In this document: positions 61,137-64,000 of the stretch, piece after piece
Layout: each line of letters begins with the position of its first letter
How positions within the stretch are numbered: the first letter of the stretch is position 1
Assembly: GCA_965277405.1 (NCBI GenBank)
Contig: OZ255726.1
Coordinates: 1,088,001 to 1,152,000 of the forward strand
Origin: Gammaproteobacteria bacterium
GTDB taxonomy: Bacteria > Pseudomonadota > Gammaproteobacteria > G965277405
Length of the DNA: 64,000 nucleotides
Reading direction: 5' to 3'
The notes under the pieces: generated by a model
The model's database searches: none
The model's input: only the letters and a program-made list of their open reading frames with translations
What the model was told of the DNA's origin: nothing
Position numbers and translations under genes: made by a program

Positions 61137-61835
61137 ATGGATGTGTATCCAGAAGGGGGGGTAGCTACAAGACTACAATCAAACAGCAGTGGAAAAGATG
61201 CTAGGAGGAATGAGCCTTGGCTGTTAACGTATTCAGACACGATTACTTTGCTTTTTACTTTTGTGCTGATAATTTTAAAAATTTCTTCTATTGATGTGAA
61301 TAAGGCAGAAGAATTACGTGAAGGTTTATCTCAAACATTTTTAAAAAAAGATATTTCAACTGCATTTCAATCATTTTCAAAAGAAATTGAGCAAGTAACA
61401 AACATTAATCATGATTTACAGGTTGATATCACCAGTAGATACGTGACTATAGAGTTGACAAACTCAAGTATATACGATGTTGGTAGCGCTGATATTGTGA
61501 ATAAAGAGATTAAAACTATACAGTCAGTAGTTGATATTCTAATACAAGACCCATACGCAAGGTATACATTAGAAGTTGAAGGACATACTGATGATGTTCC
61601 AATTAAAAACTTGGAGTTTCAGTCCAATTGGGAACTTTCAACTGCTCGAGCAACAAACATTGTTAGATATTTAGAAGAAAATGGTGTAAGTAGAGAACGG
61701 ATGAAAGCAATTGGATACGCAGATTCTAAACCATTGCCTGAGACCTTGGATATTAATGGCAATATTGTTCCTGAAAAAAGACCGTTAAATCGTAGAATTT
61801 CAATCCGTATTTCACGCTATAAAATTAATGACTAA
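61137..61835 (+). CDS. motB: MotB/PomB-family stator B subunit
   Basis: WLLTYSDTITLL with conserved Asp; OmpA domain EGHTDDVPI, SNWELSTARA, GYADSKP, NRR. Confidence 0.9.
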   Translation: MDVYPEGGVATRLQSNSSGKDARRNEPWLLTYSDTITLLFTFVLIILKISSIDVNKAEELREGLSQTFLKKDISTAFQSFSKEIEQVTNINHDLQVDITSRYVTIELTNSSIYDVGSADIVNKEIKTIQSVVDILIQDPYARYTLEVEGHTDDVPIKNLEFQSNWELSTARATNIVRYLEENGVSRERMKAIGYADSKPLPETLDINGNIVPEKRPLNRRISIRISRYKIND

Positions 61836-62784
61836 AAGAGTTCATCATCAACAAATACAATCACTACTAAACGCTTTACAAAATAATATTGTTGGACAAA
61901 AAAAACTATTAGAAAGATTGATCATTGGATTATTATCTGATGGACATATATTAGTTGAAGGCGCGCCAGGGTTAGCAAAATCGCTAACTGTTGCAACATT
62001 AGCAAAGCTTATAAACTGTGATTTTCAGCGTATTCAATTTACTCCAGATTTACTCCCCAGCGATATTACAGGGAGTGAAATCTACAAGCCGCAAACTCAA
62101 GCATTTAGCTACCAAAAAGGGCCAATATTTAGTAATTTAGTGTTAGCTGATGAAATTAATAGAGCACCAGCAAAGGTTCAATCAGCCCTGCTTGAAGCAA
62201 TGTCTGAACGCCAAGTAACCATCGGCAATACAACGTATACGTTACCAGCTTTATTTCAGGTCATGGCAACTCAAAATCCCATTGAACACGAAGGTACGTT
62301 CCAACTGCCAGAAGCACAGCTTGATAGGTTTATTATGTATGTGGCAATTGATTATCCTTCTATAGATGAAGAGTTAATGATTATGCGACTTAATCAAAAA
62401 AAGGCGGTTGAGATCACACCAGTTATTGACATTACAACTATTTTGCAAGCACGTGAGGAAGTCCGTGAGATGTATATTCACGAAAGATTATTAATGTATA
62501 TTGCAGAAGTTGTCCATGCTACGCGTACCCAAAAAAACAGAACAAGTGGCAATCAAGGCTATATAGAAATAGGTGCAGGACCAAGAGCAAGTATTGCGTT
62601 AGCAACACTGTCACGTTCTCTTGCATATCTAAGAGGTCAAGACGAGGTCACTCCAGATATTATCCAAGAGCTGTGTTATGACGTGCTCGCCCATCGAATC
62701 ATTTTAAATTTTAGCTCAGAAAACACAGTTCAACAAAAATACCAAATAATTGACGAGGTACTGAGTAGCGTGAAAATTGTATAG
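61828..62784 (+). CDS. moxR: MoxR-family AAA+ ATPase
   Basis: GAPGLAKS, RIQFTPDLLPSD, LADEINRAPAKVQSALLEAM, ATQNPIE.EGT..LPEAQLDRF. Confidence 0.95.
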   Translation: MTKRVHHQQIQSLLNALQNNIVGQKKLLERLIIGLLSDGHILVEGAPGLAKSLTVATLAKLINCDFQRIQFTPDLLPSDITGSEIYKPQTQAFSYQKGPIFSNLVLADEINRAPAKVQSALLEAMSERQVTIGNTTYTLPALFQVMATQNPIEHEGTFQLPEAQLDRFIMYVAIDYPSIDEELMIMRLNQKKAVEITPVIDITTILQAREEVREMYIHERLLMYIAEVVHATRTQKNRTSGNQGYIEIGAGPRASIALATLSRSLAYLRGQDEVTPDIIQELCYDVLAHRIILNFSSENTVQQKYQIIDEVLSSVKIV

Positions 62785-63582
62785 ATGTTTCAAGTTTTAG
62801 AAAAGCTGTCAACAGGGTGGTTAATAAATTCCGAATATATCCAAGCAGCGTATGCGTATCAGCGCAAGGTCAGTAAAAGTAGGCTACATCATACTTATGG
62901 TGCCAGCAGATTAACAAAAAAAGGAAAAGGTTCTGATTTTGATCATTTAAGGGAGTTCACTAGCAGTGATGATATTCGACATATTGCATGGAAAGCTTCG
63001 TTACGATCACAAAAAACATATACAAAAGTATTTTCTGATGAGATTGAAGATAAGATAAAAATTTATGTGATGTTGAATGCCGAGTTGTCATTTGCTATAA
63101 AAAAAAGATCTGCAGCATTTGCTTTATATATAGCACTCCACAGCGCTGTAGAAACATGTTATAAAAAAAATATGCAATGTGAAATTTTGCTTATTCATGG
63201 CAACAATGTCATCGAGAGAGCCAAAATACGTATGCAGAAAGAAATTATCAGAACACTTAGTAGCCTTGCTAAGAAAATCAACGCTGCAATGTGTAAGTAT
63301 AAAACTGGTGATTTATTTAAAATGGATGATATAAAGATTACTCCGCATTCAATTGTTCTTACAGGTGCGCGTAATATACAGCATTACGGATTAGATAGCA
63401 GCACCCTACTGGGCAGCACACTACTGGTAGTAGATGAAGAACCATTGCAACGAATAAGAATTATTGCCCAAACAAATTCTGGTGTGAAACAGGTTAATGT
63501 CGGCGCAAATGCCATAGACTGCGCCATCGTTGCAGATGACACTGTCGAAGATATCTATGCAAAAGTGCAAAGCTGTATATGA
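62785..63582 (+). CDS. DUF58-family protein (divergent)
   Basis: G.GSDFDHLREF..SDDIRHIAWKAS; follows moxR. Confidence 0.82.
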   Translation: MFQVLEKLSTGWLINSEYIQAAYAYQRKVSKSRLHHTYGASRLTKKGKGSDFDHLREFTSSDDIRHIAWKASLRSQKTYTKVFSDEIEDKIKIYVMLNAELSFAIKKRSAAFALYIALHSAVETCYKKNMQCEILLIHGNNVIERAKIRMQKEIIRTLSSLAKKINAAMCKYKTGDLFKMDDIKITPHSIVLTGARNIQHYGLDSSTLLGSTLLVVDEEPLQRIRIIAQTNSGVKQVNVGANAIDCAIVADDTVEDIYAKVQSCI

Positions 63583-63992
63583 AAGATGTTCATCAACCAT
63601 ATAATTTATATCTTTATTTAAATATTACTTGGATTGCTATTGCAATTGTTTTCATGGTATTTCTTATAATAAGTTATATATATTTACAACGATATCTAGC
63701 AAATAGAAAAATACAGCAAACTATACGTAGGTTGCAAGATATAGAGAGCGATGAGGTTTTTGCATTAAACATTGTGCAAGCCATCAAGCATTCAATGGAT
63801 GAACATGGGATACAAAGCAATATGCTCCATGGCGAACGCTTGTATAAAACCTTGCTTAAACATTACAAATACAAGGCAACCATCACATTAAGAGACTTTT
63901 TAATATCAACATACAAAGAACAAAAAATGATTCAGAGACATTTAGTTCTAAAAGAAATTGAGTTACTAATAAAAAGCAATGTTAGCAATTGA
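63579..63992 (+). CDS. Small single-TM protein (DUF4381-like slot of MoxR/Bat operons)
   Basis: MKDVHQP start, one TM, LHGE motif; position after DUF58. Confidence 0.55.
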   Translation: MKDVHQPYNLYLYLNITWIAIAIVFMVFLIISYIYLQRYLANRKIQQTIRRLQDIESDEVFALNIVQAIKHSMDEHGIQSNMLHGERLYKTLLKHYKYKATITLRDFLISTYKEQKMIQRHLVLKEIELLIKSNVSN

Positions 63993-64000
63993 TTGGCCGC

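Noticed and set aside
60342-61835. Zorya ZorAB, ExbBD or TolQR
   Set aside because: A subunit is 263 aa with a flagellar-type cytoplasmic loop and no long ZorA tail; B has MotB TM and OmpA motifs; no zorC/D/E, tonB or tolA adjacent; a FliG-domain gene is adjacent.

Overview
Proteobacterial (gamma/beta-like) chromosomal segment. It holds a housekeeping backbone (folC, accD, aspC-like, valS, NAD-GDH, degS, hisS-yfgM-bamB-der, gltX, tRNA-Ala, pal, tRNA-Leu, hemB, murB, argJ, mutS, pmbA). The backbone is interrupted by one frameshifted IS5-family element and at least seven full ~280-310 bp non-autonomous elements (MITEs) sharing its inverted repeats, all seven in the same orientation. A GC-richer foreign block (~35.6-46.5 kb) carries a surface-polysaccharide cassette truncated at both ends (L-QuiNAc/L-FucNAc-type pathway), an IS21 right-end remnant and a decaying sugar ABC transporter. 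The standout is an AT-rich locus at 57.5-64 kb encoding a TPR lipoprotein, a single protein fusing a signal peptide, a FliF-like ring domain, a TM helix and FliG middle/C-terminal domains, then MotA and MotB, running directly into a MoxR-DUF58 module. No other flagellar gene was recognised in the window, so this looks like a minimal, possibly non-flagellar ion-driven rotor-stator machine. All calls come from reading motifs by eye; no database searches were run.
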